Assembly (NCBI RefSeq): GCF_009914755.1
Contig: NC_060933.1
DNA from: the human T2T-CHM13v2.0 reference genome, Homo sapiens
Direction: 5' to 3' (one strand)
DNA length: 64,000 bases
A program made the translations under genes and the position numbers. This document shows, piece by piece, positions 15,068 to 28,173 of the stretch (positions are counted from its first letter, which is position 1; each line of letters opens with the position of its first letter). The notes beneath the pieces are model-generated. The model searched no databases. It was given only the letters and a program-made list of their open reading frames with translations, and was not told the DNA's origin.

Positions 15068-15412
15068 GGTTATGGTTTGAATGTTTATGTACCCTTAAAA
15101 TTCACATGTTGAAATCTTGGCCTCCAAGGTGATGGTATTAGGAGGTGAAGCTTTGTGGATAGTGATTAGGAATGGGATTAGGGCTCTTGGGTCTTGGGCC
15201 TAAGGGAATGTGTTTCTCCTTTTCATTATGTGAGGACACAGCAAAAAGTTGCCATCTATGAGCCAGAAAATGGGTCTTTGCCAGACCTCAAATCTGCCTA
15301 TGTTTTTATTATGGAATTTCCAGCACCTAGAACTATGAGAAATAAATTTCTGTTGTTTATGAGGTACCCAGTCTATAATATTTTATTATAGCAGCCCAAA
15401 GGGAGTAAGACA
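15068..15412 (+). mobile_element. MLT1A-type MaLR solo LTR
   Basis: tatggtttgaatgt..aaaattcacatgttgaaatc...gagaaataaatttctgttgttta..cccagtcta..atagcagcccaaa..taagaca. Confidence 0.9.
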
Positions 15413-15569
15413 GAGTCCAAGGAGTGCACATATCACTGTTATAGCTTCTCACTCATTAAGTAGCTCCCCCAGCTCCCTGACCCTCCTTTGAATCTCCCAG
15501 ACTCTCAGCCGAATTACACTGTCTACTGTCCCCTGGCCCTCCTGGTCTATTTGCTTTGAATAATCCCAA

Positions 15570-15650
15570 AACCATCCCCCCATACTGATCCATGGAAAAA
15601 TTCTCTTTCAGAAAACTGGTCCCTAGTGCCAAAAAGGTTAGGGACCACTG
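15570..15650 (+). mobile_element. MER1-type 3' terminal fragment
   Basis: ccatggaaaaattctctt..aaactggtccctagtgccaaaaaggttagggaccactg. Confidence 0.75.
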
Positions 15651-17197
15651 TTGAAAGCCTTTTTCACACCTAGCAAAGCTAAGTTATCATTATGTATTTA
15701 GCTATGTATAGCTATGTGTGTGTTTACATGTGCACATGTATGCATGTTTAATACAAGCAAAGGTATTTTGGGTAAATAATGGTTTACCATGGTTTGGGTA
15801 TGTTTGGGTAAATAATGATTTTCAAGTCAACTGAAAGGGATATTTGTGTGTGTGCATGTATGTGTGTGAGAGAGAATAAATAGCATATTGACAAAGTCAC
15901 CTGGGCCAAATCATGGAATACCTGATAAGCAGTGTGAGCCATTGGATAATATTTCATATGCAATGATGGAATGGAGAGTCAATGGCTTTATTCATGATCC
16001 AAGAACTAGGGTCATGAGAAGGCAACCAGGACCAGAGTAGGGAGATCATGAGAAAATCCCAAAGCCGCAGTCCACAGTGGGGCCCAGACCTTAAGAACCA
16101 AGAAACTTGTCCTAAAGACACAGAAACAGAAATGGAGCCTTGTGTTAGGCTTGATCCTGTCAACAATGGGGAATCAGTGAAGGCACTAGAGAGTGATGGT
16201 CACATATATGATGGAGAAAGATCCCAGTGAGAATGAACCTAGAGAGAATGGGGAAGGGAGAAGCTGACTCTGGGAGACCAGCTTGGCATTTATAGTAACA
16301 ATCAATGCTGGAGGAAGATGACAATCTTTGAGGAAACATAATGAGTTCATTATAGGACAAACTATACAAGATTCATTAGAGTGTGAGTGAATTGTAGGAC
16401 TTGCTGAAATGCTGACTTCAAAGGACTGGGAGATGGAAAAAGAGAGGGTGCAATCAGGGAGGAAGGAGGAAGCAAATGACCAAAGAGAGGAGTGTCAAAA
16501 TGCAGAAATGTTTGATCTCTTCAACATGATGGAGAAGATGAGTGAAGTTTGCACTGAAAAAAAAGCAAGATTTTGAATTGTGTTGGTCCCTGGTGATCAT
16601 TGATAGAGCAATTTTATAGAAGGTGGTGGGGCCAGACCATATTGTGGGTGGATGATGCATTAGTGGGAGGTAAGGATGTGAAAGCAGATACATGATGTGG
16701 AGCACAGTGGAAACCATGGCTAGGCTTTGATTTCCTCCAGTCATGTTTGCTTAACCTTTTCTAGTCTTCTTCATACTTTCTAACAGTTTCACTACATCCT
16801 GAATTTTCTCTACAATCATTTGTCATGTTGTCCTTTGATATATGGTCTTTATTCTATCTTTGCTACAGACCTTTTTACTCCTGGACTCCTTCTCTCTTGA
16901 GATCCTCTATAGGTTTACAGTCAGAGCTGCCTGTTTGATTGTTGCTTCACCTTCTCTTTCCACTTTCCCTGCTCCAAGTGGCGTGTTGTAGAAACATAGC
17001 TAGTCATTCTCTGAAATTCTTAAATCAGCTTTTCCAAAGTCCAGGGACATACCTTGAGTTTCATCAGCCACACACATAACCTTACTTTCAGAAGACTTCC
17101 TGCTAGCATTCCTGAGAATGTCTGTCATGCAGAACGAGTGGGGTCTTGCCTATGTCCCTTTGCTAGTTAATCTTTATACAAGAGTATATAAAGATAC

Positions 17198-17281
17198 CTA
17201 TATATCAAACCTGCACGTTGTGCATATGTACCCTAGAACTTAAAGTATAATAATAAAAAAATAAATAAGAAATAATTAACA
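17198..17281 (+). mobile_element. Extremely 5'-truncated L1PA 3' end
   Basis: caaacctgcacgttgtgcatatgtaccctagaacttaaagtataataa plus A-rich tail; aaagatac on both flanks. Confidence 0.9.
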
Positions 17282-17710
17282 AAAGATACATTTGTGGCAA
17301 TTGTCATGTTAAAATCAGCATATAAAATAACATTAAATCTGTAGACCACATAGGGATGACAGGTCATTTCAGTCCGTGAATGCCTATCTTGTTCGACCAT
17401 GGATGCTAAGAAAGAGAGAAGTCTCCTCCCTTCCTTTCTCCACTTGCAATGTCTCTGAAATTAGTACTGCTCACACAATCCCAAAAAACTCATAGAACTC
17501 TTTCTTGCTGGGAACACAAGCTCTGCATGCTACTTCAGGTCTCACTAAGATTTTTGCTACATGCCAACCTCTAGTCTATAGCATATGCTTAGTATTAAAG
17601 TGGATAATGTAACAAAAACTTGGACCCACTCACAGAGAACTACCATACTTTTTTTTTTTGCTTATTACTTCTTGCTTAGTCATTATTTCTCCAATCTGAT
17701 AACAAATGTA

Positions 17711-17793
17711 TTAGGCTGGTGCAAAAGTAATTGCAGTTCTTGCCATTGAAAGTCATGGCAAAACCCCCAAGTTACTTTTTTGCACCAATATAA
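17711..17793. mobile_element. MADE1 (Hsmar1-derived mariner MITE)
   Basis: ttaggctggtgcaaaagtaattgc...ttacttttttgcaccaatataa palindromic TIRs with TA on both sides. Confidence 0.92.
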
Positions 17794-17904
17794 TACAATT
17801 ACCAGGATTAGCTGGATGACCAGATTCCTCATCTAGAATGGCATGGTAGCTTTCTCCCAAGTCTCTTATGTGAGTATATCCTGTGTTGATCAAGATATAA
17901 AATG

Positions 17905-19235
17905 CAGTTTGATAAGGATGCCAAGACATTTAAAAATAAAAGAATAGTCTTTTAAACAAATGCTCCTGGATAAACTGGATATCTGCATGCAGAAGAATAA
18001 AGTTGGACTCCTATATCACACCATGTACTGTGCAAAAATTAACTCCGAATGGGCAAAAGACCTAAATGTAAAGGCTAAAGCTATAAAACTCTTAGAAGAA
18101 AATATGAGAGTTAATCTTCATGACCTTGAATTAAGCAAGTCTTATTAGGTATGATACCAAAAGCACAAGCAACTGAAGAAAAAAATAAAGTGGACTTTAT
18201 CAAAATGAAAAATATTTCTGCTTTAAAGAACACCATTAAGTATGTGAAAAGACAATTCACAGATTAGAAGATTTTTGCAAATCATATATCTGAAAGGATA
18301 GTTGTATCTACAATATAGAAAGAAGTTTTAGAACTCAATAATAAAAACAAAAGCCCTATTAAAAAATTGACAAAAGATTCCAATAGACATTTCTCCAATG
18401 AAGATATACAAATAGATAATAAGCCACATGTAAAAATGTTCATCATTAGCCATTAAGGAAATGCAAATCAAAGCTACAGATAAATACAACTTCATACCCA
18501 TTAGGATGGCTTTAATTTAAATGACAGACAGGAACAAGCATTGAAGATGAGTAGAAACTGGAATCCTCTTACATCACTGATGAGAATGCAAAAAGATATG
18601 GCTGCTTTGAAAAACAGTCTGGTAGTTTCTCAAAAGGTTAAACGTAGAGTTGCCATACAACTCAGTGATTCAACTCATAGGTATATACCCAAGATAAATA
18701 AAAAACATATGTTCATACAAAAAGCTGTACACAAATGGTTATAGAAGCATTATTCACAATAGGCAAAGAGTGGAAATAATCCAAATGTCCTTCAACTGAT
18801 AAATGGATAATCAAATTGTGATATATTTTATTCAGCCATACAAAGAGATGAAGTGCTGATACCTGCTACAATATGGATAAGCCTTGAAAATACTATGCTA
18901 AGTGAAAAAATCAGACAGAGAAAAAAAAAAAAAACATGCAATGTGTGAATGTGTGATTCTACTGATACAAATCTCCAGAATAGGGAAATCCATAAAGACA
19001 AATTAGTTTTTGTTTAGGGCAGAGATGAGGAGCTTAGAGAGTGATAGTTAAAAGCTATGGGCTTTTTTTTTATGGGGGAGGGTGTGGTGAGGAAAAAAGT
19101 GTTCTGAAACTAGATAGAGCTGATAGTTTCACAACTGTGTTATTAATACACTAAAAACACTGAATTGTAAATTTTAAAATGATGAGTTTCACATATCATT
19201 CATCTGTTATGTGGATTACACCTCAATTTTAAAAT
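17905..19235 (+). mobile_element. L1MB-type LINE, ORF2 3' part plus 3'UTR
   Basis: ORF 17960 (KINSEWAKDLNVKAKAIKLLEENM) is degenerate ORF2p; 3'UTR ends gtggattacacctcaattttaaaa. Confidence 0.9.
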
Positions 19236-19242
19236 GTTAAAG

Positions 19243-19383
19243 TGGAGGAAAAGAAAGGGGAAGAGAAGCAAGAGGGGAGAGGAGGGGGAAGGACAGGAAG
19301 AATAAGAAGGAGAAGAGGGAGGAATTAGAGGAAGAAAAAGAGGAGAAGGAGGAGAAGGAGGAGGAGGAGAAGAAGTAGTAAAG
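19243..19383. repeat. GA-rich low-complexity polypurine tract
   Basis: About 140 nt almost all G/A with (GGA/GAA)n units. Confidence 0.9.
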
Positions 19384-20047
19384 TGAGCAGGACAATAACT
19401 AACAATTTTGCAGAAAAAGTTCCAGGAGGCAAGTTAGCTACTTTGCCAGTAAAGATTAGGTTCATTAAAACTCCAGATTTGATAGATCCTTTCAACCTAC
19501 CAACAGGTAGCAGGGGATATCTTATGCTGTCCCCATCAGGTGTAACATCATTACTAACGTATTAACATTGAGCTTTTGAACCATAGATGCTGTACATTAC
19601 ATTTGGACAGATACTCCATGTGCCCAAGACCAGGTGATGTGTGCTGCACAGATTTTTTTAAATTATAATTCAAATCTGGAAAGGATTTTAAAGATTGTTA
19701 TAATCATGATCAATTAATAACAACTAAATTTGATACAGTATAAAATAAATATTTGTTTGATGGGGATGGCCTCTATCTCTCTCTTTGAATTTCTCTAACC
19801 TTGAATTTTATCTGTCTTGTGGCCCTTATTTCACCCTATCTTGTTGTATGCTGCTTTCATGTCTGTATTATCTCACTGATAGATTTTCAATTCTTTAGTG
19901 CAGTATCATCTCTGTAACCCTCATGCATAGCACAGGGCTAGCCAACAGTATCCTGGACTCAGTTGATGTTTGTTGGTAAATGAATCAATGAACCTCTAAT
20001 TCCATTTGGAACTGGACAGAGTACACATATAAGGGAATTTTCTCAAA

Positions 20048-20556
20048 ATAATTTCAACTTTCATTTTAGATTCAGAGCAGGTTTGTTACATGGGTATATT
20101 GCATGCTGCTGAGGTTTGGGATATGAATGATCCTGTCACCTAGATAGTGAGCATAGTATCCAACAGTTCATTTTTAAAACCTTGCCCCACTCCCTCCCCA
20201 CTCTATTAGTTCTAACAGTGTCTATTGTTGCCATCTTTATATCCATGAGGACCCAATATTTAGTTCCCACTTACAAATGAGAACATGTAGTATTTGTTTT
20301 TCTGCTCCTGCATTAATTTGCTTGGAATAATGGTCTCTAGCTCCATCCATGTTGCTCCAAAGGATATAATCTTGTTCTTTTTAATGACTGCGTAGTATTC
20401 CATGGTATATATGTATATTCTGTGTATCCAATACACAATTGCTGGGCACCTAGGTTGATTTCATGTCTTTGATATTGTGAGTAATGCTGTGATAAACATA
20501 CACATGCATATGTCTTTTTGGTAGAAAAATTTGTTTTCTTTTTGATACACATATAA
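20048..20556 (-). mobile_element. Older L1PA (PA15/16-like) 3' end
   Basis: tttcaactttcattttagattcag..caggtttgttacatgggtatattgc..tgctgaggtttggg. Confidence 0.85.
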
Positions 20557-21379
20557 GGGATTTAAAAAAATAATATAAGAATGTTGTTATATTAGGGGTA
20601 GAAGGACTATTGCCTATACCCACTCCCCAAATTAGGCTCAGTTTCCACAGTGACACAGCCTCCAACTCTATTCTATGTTGAAATGACTTCTATTAATGTT
20701 TTTGAGCAGCCATTTCATGATGTACAACTGGAACATGGTTCCCCTTTATAACACTAGTTAGATTTTGGGAATTGTAGAAAACTTTGGCTGGGGTTAGCAT
20801 TTAACTATCTGGGAGCAGTTGCGTTCTTTTATAGATGTTCTTTGAAATATAGATGAATCCAAAATTCAGAATGCAGATCAGTAATTTTCTTTCTGGATCT
20901 CCTGTGGCCACCTCAAGAGCGCCCCTTATGAGGCCACTACAAACCCCAGTGTCAGAGCTCTTCCTGGTTCCGAAGAGCAGGCACTTTCAAGGGAGTCCTG
21001 TGGGGAGTGAGTTGTTCAAGGGGAAAGCAAGGCATTGTTCAGGATTTAAAGAGCCCCAGAGATCTGTGAAGACCTTCTGCTACTGATGTCTTCATAGGCT
21101 TTGGTACGATTTGCTTTCTCATCCCATAGCAGCTGGAAAATATTTTCAGAAATTTTGTTTCAATACAAAATTTTTATTTAGATTTTGTTTTTTTGAAGAA
21201 GGGAATTCAGAATTTTGTGAGAGATTTAAAATATATGCAATGTGTTTTTGATATCTTTAGACTTTTAATGCCTATTAAGTTTTAGAAATAATTGTGGCTT
21301 TGACAGAATTTGGTTTGCTCATAATTTATCACATTTGATGCTTTTCTTTAATTACAATAATATATGCAACCATCTTCAG

Positions 21380-21545
21380 GCTTATAAAGTGCTTTTTCAG
21401 TCTGCCCTCATCACAAGATGACTAGGAACCTCATTTTATGGATGAAAACATTGAGCTTAAGAGAGGTACAGTGATGTGCCAAGCTCACACAGGTAGTAGC
21501 AGAACCAAGACTTCAAAGTCAGGCATCAGGCTCTAGATTTTATCT
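21380..21545 (-). mobile_element. MIR
   Basis: ctcattttatggatgaaaacattgag...agaggt..agtga.gtgccaagctcacacag. Confidence 0.65.
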
Positions 21546-22684
21546 TTTTCAGCACCTCACCTTATCCTATTCATATTCAGATATGCGAAGACTAGACCTC
21601 AGAGGAAGTCAAACAGAATTTGAGGGCATATAGTCCAAAATTAACATGGACAGAAAAAAGTAAGCCAAGCCTCAAGATATAGACAAGATGCATCTTATGA
21701 GTTTTAGTCTCTCTCTTTTTGATTCAGAATCACATCTCCTTTCTTATCACAATGCAGACGTTAGGTTTTCCCCAGACTGAATTTACAGATAATAAGAACC
21801 CCAGCTCTTAGGTCTGGGATTCAGACAAACATTCTCCCAAGGCAAAGGTTCAGTGCCTTACGTACTGGTATAAATGGAAATGCTATAACATTCCCGTATG
21901 CAAACAACTTGCCAAAACAGTGTAGTGTTTCAAAAGCCATGTACTGAATGGAGACAAGATTTCTGTACAAGCTGTGGGAGCAGGGTGAATTTATGAAGCA
22001 GAAAGTATGGGCTGAGGAAGAGATCAGCCCAGTAACAGTTTACTGGCCTTGCCGTTCTCTTAAGAGGCACTAATGGTAGTGGACTGGTGCAATGGAAGTA
22101 AACCCAGCTTCATTTAAAGCAGTAGCATGAAATTGGTTGCAATAAAATTATGCATTAAGTGTGCATTATGTTTAATAAGACTGGATTGCACTTCCCATGT
22201 TTACTCTGTGACTATTGAGGCTGATCCAATTTTCTAAAGTTCTCCAATTGGTTCACGATCGAGTTTTCGGCCAGAAGGTCAAATTTCCCTTGCTGTTATT
22301 ATATGTCTCTATTACTTTACTATGGCATTTACACTTTATATTCATTACTTTTTTTCTGTCTCCTGAACCTTCCCCATTCCAAAATGTTCCCTGTAGATGG
22401 CCGGTTTGACACAAATTAGAACAACCTTGATAGCTGTCAACTGGAGACTATCTGAGAACAAAAGGACATTATTGCAAACCAGCACTGGAGGTAATTTCAT
22501 GTGCTTTCTCTGAAGACTTCTTAATGGCCTTTGAGAAATAACACAATTCAGATCTGCAACCAGGAGGCAGGGTAGATGTTGGACAGCATGGGAAACATGT
22601 GACTTGGACTTTAGATCCTACCATCTAGGGGTTAGGAGTATTACCATTAGAAAATAGAAATATCTATTTTTCATTTCACGCATA

Positions 22685-23195
22685 TTAATTAATTCATCTA
22701 ATTAGAAACACTCATTGGGAACCTACTATGTGCCAGATAGTATGAATGTGGTGAGGATACACCAATGAATAAGACATGGTCCTGTTGTAATTTTATAGTA
22801 TAATAGGGATGGGAAGTAGGGATGTTGATACATTAAAATATACTTTCAATTCACTGAGATATATGAAATAGCAGAGGAAGAATTTAGAAAGTATAATTAG
22901 TATTTCTGGTGGAGAATAGACAACCTTTGCAGAAAAGGTGAAAGAGCTTTCTAAAGAAAAAAAAAAGAAAGAACAGAAGGAATAAAAGGCATTCCAGGCA
23001 GAGAGAATGGCATATGCAAGACATGGAGGTGTGAAAGAGGATGATATATTTAGGAAATCACAAGTAGATCACTGGGGGCCATAAATGGTACGGGGACTAG
23101 AGTGGAATATGAAATGGCAGGAAATGAGGCCAGAGTGTGAGGATTGCTCAACATAAATCTGTCAGGGGTTTAGATATTATCCCATAGTCATGAAG
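22685..23195 (-). mobile_element. L2 relic
   Basis: cattgggaacctactatgtgccag..gaataagacatggtcct, gcattccaggcagagagaatggcatatgcaa. Confidence 0.75.
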
Positions 23196-23339
23196 GCATC
23201 AACGAAAAATTCTCCCAAACAAAGAATTTTAATCTTTTACTTCTACAGCTTGGTTCAAGTTGGGTGAAGAATAAATAGGACCCCCTTGAAACATCTTTCT
23301 GAAAGAATACATTGAGGGAAGTGTAAAACAATGCATTGG

Positions 23340-23482
23340 TATACATATGTGTATGTATGTGAATAAACATATATATCATACATACATATATGCATATCAC
23401 ATACTGTATTATGTATATAGTGTGCATACCTATTATATGCATATAACATATATGCATATGTATCTGTATAGATAGATAGATA
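23340..23482. repeat. (TA/CATA)-rich low-complexity tract
   Basis: Degenerate atac/atat/gtat repeats. Confidence 0.8.
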
Positions 23483-23932
23483 TGGCAATACTTTCTTGTA
23501 AACTTTTACAATAGTCATGGACTTTAGCCATGTTGAATTAACGTGCATCATTCTTACACTTACTTATCATTGTAAGCAACTCTGAAAGAAGATAAAAGTA
23601 CATGAAGAAATCATTTGCAGGCACTGGACAAAAAAGAGTGCAAAACTATAATCTTGAGAGCAGGACACACACAGGTAAGCTCCACATTCATATTGTGTTC
23701 CTACATGAGAATATTTTAAAATATTTCATATAAGTAGACCCCAAACTGAAAGCATCAGTATCCCTAGAGAAAGGAAACAGAGATCAGAATTCAGACTGCT
23801 GTGGCAGCTAGAATTTATAAGGCAAGGTACTAGAAATAAGAGAACTGTACCAAAAAGACCTCCAGAAATTTCCATTGAATCTCTTTAAGTCTTTGCCCAG
23901 ATACTAATCTGTATGTGAATATGGCAAGATTT

Positions 23933-24238
23933 GGTCGGGCACAGTGGCTCACACCTGTAATCCCAGCACTTTGGGAGTCTGAGGTGGGCGGATCACCTAA
24001 GGTCAGGGGTTTGAGATCTGCCTGACCAACATGGTGAAACCCATCTCTACTAAAAAAAAAAAAAAAATACAAAGATCAGCGAGGCATGGTGGCCCGTGCC
24101 TGTAATCCCAGCTACTCAGGAGCCTGAGGCAGGAGAATCACTTGAACTTGGGAGGCAGAGGTTGCAGTAAGCCCAGATTGTGCCACTGCACTCCAGCCTG
24201 GGTGACAGAGTTTTGCCAAAAAAAAAAAAAAAAAAAAA
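23933..24238 (+). mobile_element. AluS
   Basis: Full dimer, long A tail, TSD gcaagatt. Confidence 0.96.
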
Positions 24239-24524
24239 GCAAGATTCAACAAAGACTGGCATGGAATAACTACACGCAAACTGTCAGCTGATGAGCGATC
24301 ACAGAGGTCACACAGTACAAACGGAGATCAGATTTCCAGAGTAGATTGTCCTCAGTGAACACCTCTGCCATGAATGTAAGTCTTCAGAAAAGATACGTGT
24401 TGGGGGCAGTGCTACTACTTTAATCATGGAGTAAGGATTAATTGAAAGCCTGATGCATCTGAACTAACATCAAGCCTTGACAAGACCAAGCTGATCTGCT
24501 TGTGTGTGAATTAGCTGAATTGCA

Positions 24525-24610
24525 GACAGACACACAGACACACACACACACACACACACACACAGAGGGAGAGAGAAAGAGAGGGAGGGAGGAAGGGAGG
24601 AAGGGAGAGG
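24525..24610. repeat. (CA)n followed by GA-rich tract
   Basis: Direct reading. Confidence 0.9.
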
Positions 24611-25732
24611 CTGATAGAAGCTATAAAGGGAAACAGCAAAACCCAGACTGTCAACAATGTAGAAACCACAAAATCTAAATAATCAAAACTTACTAGCCAT
24701 GTAGAGGATCAAGAAGATATAAACCATAAATGAAGGGAGGGGAAAAGTAAACAGAAAAAGAAAATAGACTACACATATATTGGATTGAGTAGATATGGAC
24801 TTTAAAGTAGCTAGAATAAATGTACTCAAAGCTGTAAAGTACAAGATGAGCATGATGAATAAACAGATGAGGAACCTCAGCCAATCAAAATAATTATTTT
24901 TTTAAAGGGAGCTAAAGGAAAATAAAATTCTAGAAATAAAGAATACAGCATCTGTAATTAAAATTTAATTGAAAAGTTTACTGAATGACCTTCATAACTT
25001 ATTAAATACTACAGAAGGAAAGATCAGCAAGCTTGATGAGAGATTAACAGAAAACATCCAAACTGAATAACTAAGAGTGAAAAATACTTTAAAAAAATGG
25101 ATCCTCTGTAATCTGTGGGAAAATATCAAGTGGATTCTTATTGTAAGTATACTTGGAGTCTTAGAAGAATCTAAGGGAAGAAAAATAAATTTTTTTAAAT
25201 GGCCAAAAATTTTACAAAAGCAAATGAAAATATCAACCACAGATCCAGGAAATTCAGTGAATACCTGGAAGAATAAACACACACACAACAAACATACCTA
25301 GGACAAAATAGTCAAATTTCTGAAAATCAAAGATAAATAAAAATCTTAACAGCAATGAGAATAAAATAACATTATTTAGAAGGTAACAATGATAAGATTC
25401 ACTGGTGACTTCACATCAGAAATAATAGAAGCCAGAAAATAAGAAAAAGGTATATTTAAACTACTAAAACTAAAACAGAACAAAACCTACTAATCTAAAA
25501 TTAGATATGCTTCAGAAATAAAGATGAGATAAAGACATCTTCAGGTAAGTTAGAGCTAGGAAAATATGGTGCCAGTAGGTATGCACTACAAAAAAAATGT
25601 TAAAAAGATTTCAAGCTAATGCCAAATTGAAATGCAAACCTACAAGAAGAAATGAAAAGCATTGTAAATGATAAATATGTCGATAAATACAAAACACTAC
25701 TTTTTCTTTGAATTGCTTCAAGATGCTTTTTA

Positions 25733-26050
<318 letters not shown>

Positions 26051-26999
26051 GAAAGATGACAGTATATTGTGGGTTTTAACACATATGTAGATGTAAAAGA
26101 TATGACAACAGTAGCAGAAATGATGGAATGGTAAATGTAATTATATTTATTACAAGTTTCTTACGTTTCTGTGAAATGATAAAAAAATTATTTTAAATGG
26201 GTATAAATAAAAGGCAATAAATTAAGTATGATAGACATCTGAAAAATATTCAAATATTTGGGAATTCAACACACTTCCTAAACAAGCCATGAGTCAAAGA
26301 TGTCACAAGGGAAATGAGAAAGTATATTGAACTGAATGATATGAAAAACACAACTTACCAACATTTGCAGAATAGAGATAAAGCATTGCTTAGAGGGAAA
26401 TGTATAGCTTTAAATGAATACATTATAAAATATAAAAAGTTGATAATTAAAGCTCTAGAATTTCATTCTAAGAAACTCAAAGAAAGAAAATTAAAGCGAG
26501 TGAAAGAATGAAATAATAAAGAAAAATGGAAATCCACGAAATAGGAGATGGTTAAATAATAGAGAAAATCACTAACTGCAAAAATATATTATTTGAAATA
26601 AATAAAGTTGATAAACCCCTAGGTAGATTAATCCAGAAAAAAATACTAATATCCAATATCAAGAAAATATGATCTTCAATAAAAGAGATTACCAATATCA
26701 GAACAAAGGAAAGACATCACCGTAGATTCTACAAATAATGAAATATTATGAACATCATGCCAATAAATTTAATAACTTAAAATGCCAAAAGCACGAACCA
26801 TCAAAGAAAACATCAATAAGTTGTATTTATCAAAATTAAACTTGCTGCTCATAAAAAGTCATTGTTAAGAAAATTAACATGCAAACCGGAAGGAAATATT
26901 TACAATACAGATTCCGACAAAGGACTTGTATCCAGAGTATAAAAAGAATTCATACAAGTCAATAACAACAACAAAAACGAAGTGTGTCTCCAGATGCCA

Positions 27000-27392
27000 A
27001 AATAGGATTAGAAGTGCTAGAGATGTACTGGTTGAAGTATCTGTGAAGATAAACTGGTGGGGGAGTAGTGGCACACAAACAAGGAAAGACATCTAACCCC
27101 AGGGCAATTCTGATACCTGTCCAAGATAAGAAAGAAAGAAAAATTGTCTAGGAAGAGCCTCAAATTGCAACACACTCTCAGAATATTTTAATCAGGCTGA
27201 TGAATAATCTTTAAGCAAAAGTTGCCCTTTAGAGGAATCCTTGTTAGGTGGGCATAGGTTAGACTCACATTCCCCAGTGCTTAGGCACTGGTTGAAAGCA
27301 GCAATGGGGAACTGTCAATCAATTATATTTCCCAAAATAAGCTTTCTCAAAGGAGATCTGAGCAGCACACTCCTATGGATGTCAAATCACAC
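27000..27392. mobile_element. Old MLT1-like LTR inserted in the L1M
   Basis: Non-L1 block (gaggaatccc...aaggagatctgagcagcaca..caca) interrupting collinear L1 sequence. Confidence 0.55.
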
Positions 27393-28151
27393 AGTTTAAA
27401 GAAATAGGCAAAAGAATTAAACAGACATTTCACAAAGGATGATATATGAATGGCCAAAAAGAACATAAAAAATTGCTCTACATCATTAGTCGTGAGGAAA
27501 TTACAAGTCAAAACCACAATAAGATACCACTGCACACACATTAGAATGGCTGTAAATAAGAATGTTGACAACACCAAATACTAGTGAGGATATAGAACAG
27601 CAATAACCCTCATATATTACCTGTGGGAGTATAAAGTGGTAAAACCAGTTTGGAAAATTGTTTGTCAGTTTTCTATAAAGCCAAATGTATACTGACTCTA
27701 TATCTAGCAATTTCGCTTCTAGGTATTTACCCAAGAGAAATAAAAACAAATGTCCATACAAATGTTTGTTTAAGAATGTTCATAGTAACTTTATTCGTAA
27801 TAGTCTAAAATGGAAACAACTCAAACATCAATTAATGGAATATTACTCAGCAATAAAAAAGGAATGAACTATTTATATACACAATAACATGGATAGAGCT
27901 CAAAAACATTTTGCTAAGCAAAAGAAGTCAGACACACAAGAGTACAAAGTGTGTGATTCACTTAAATGAAATGATAACATTTTTTGTAATGATGAGAAAT
28001 AGATCAGTGCCTCAGATAAGAGGGTACAGTAGTTCACTGAGGAGGGGCATGAAGAAACTTTCTTGAGTAGTGGAAATGTTTTGTGTCTTGATAAGAGTTT
28101 CTGTATTCTTTGGAAGTCATGAAATGCACATGAAGAGAGCTGTGAATGTAT

Positions 28152-28173
28152 ACACACACACACACACACACAC
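28152..28173. repeat. (CA)n microsatellite
   Basis: Direct reading. Confidence 0.95.
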
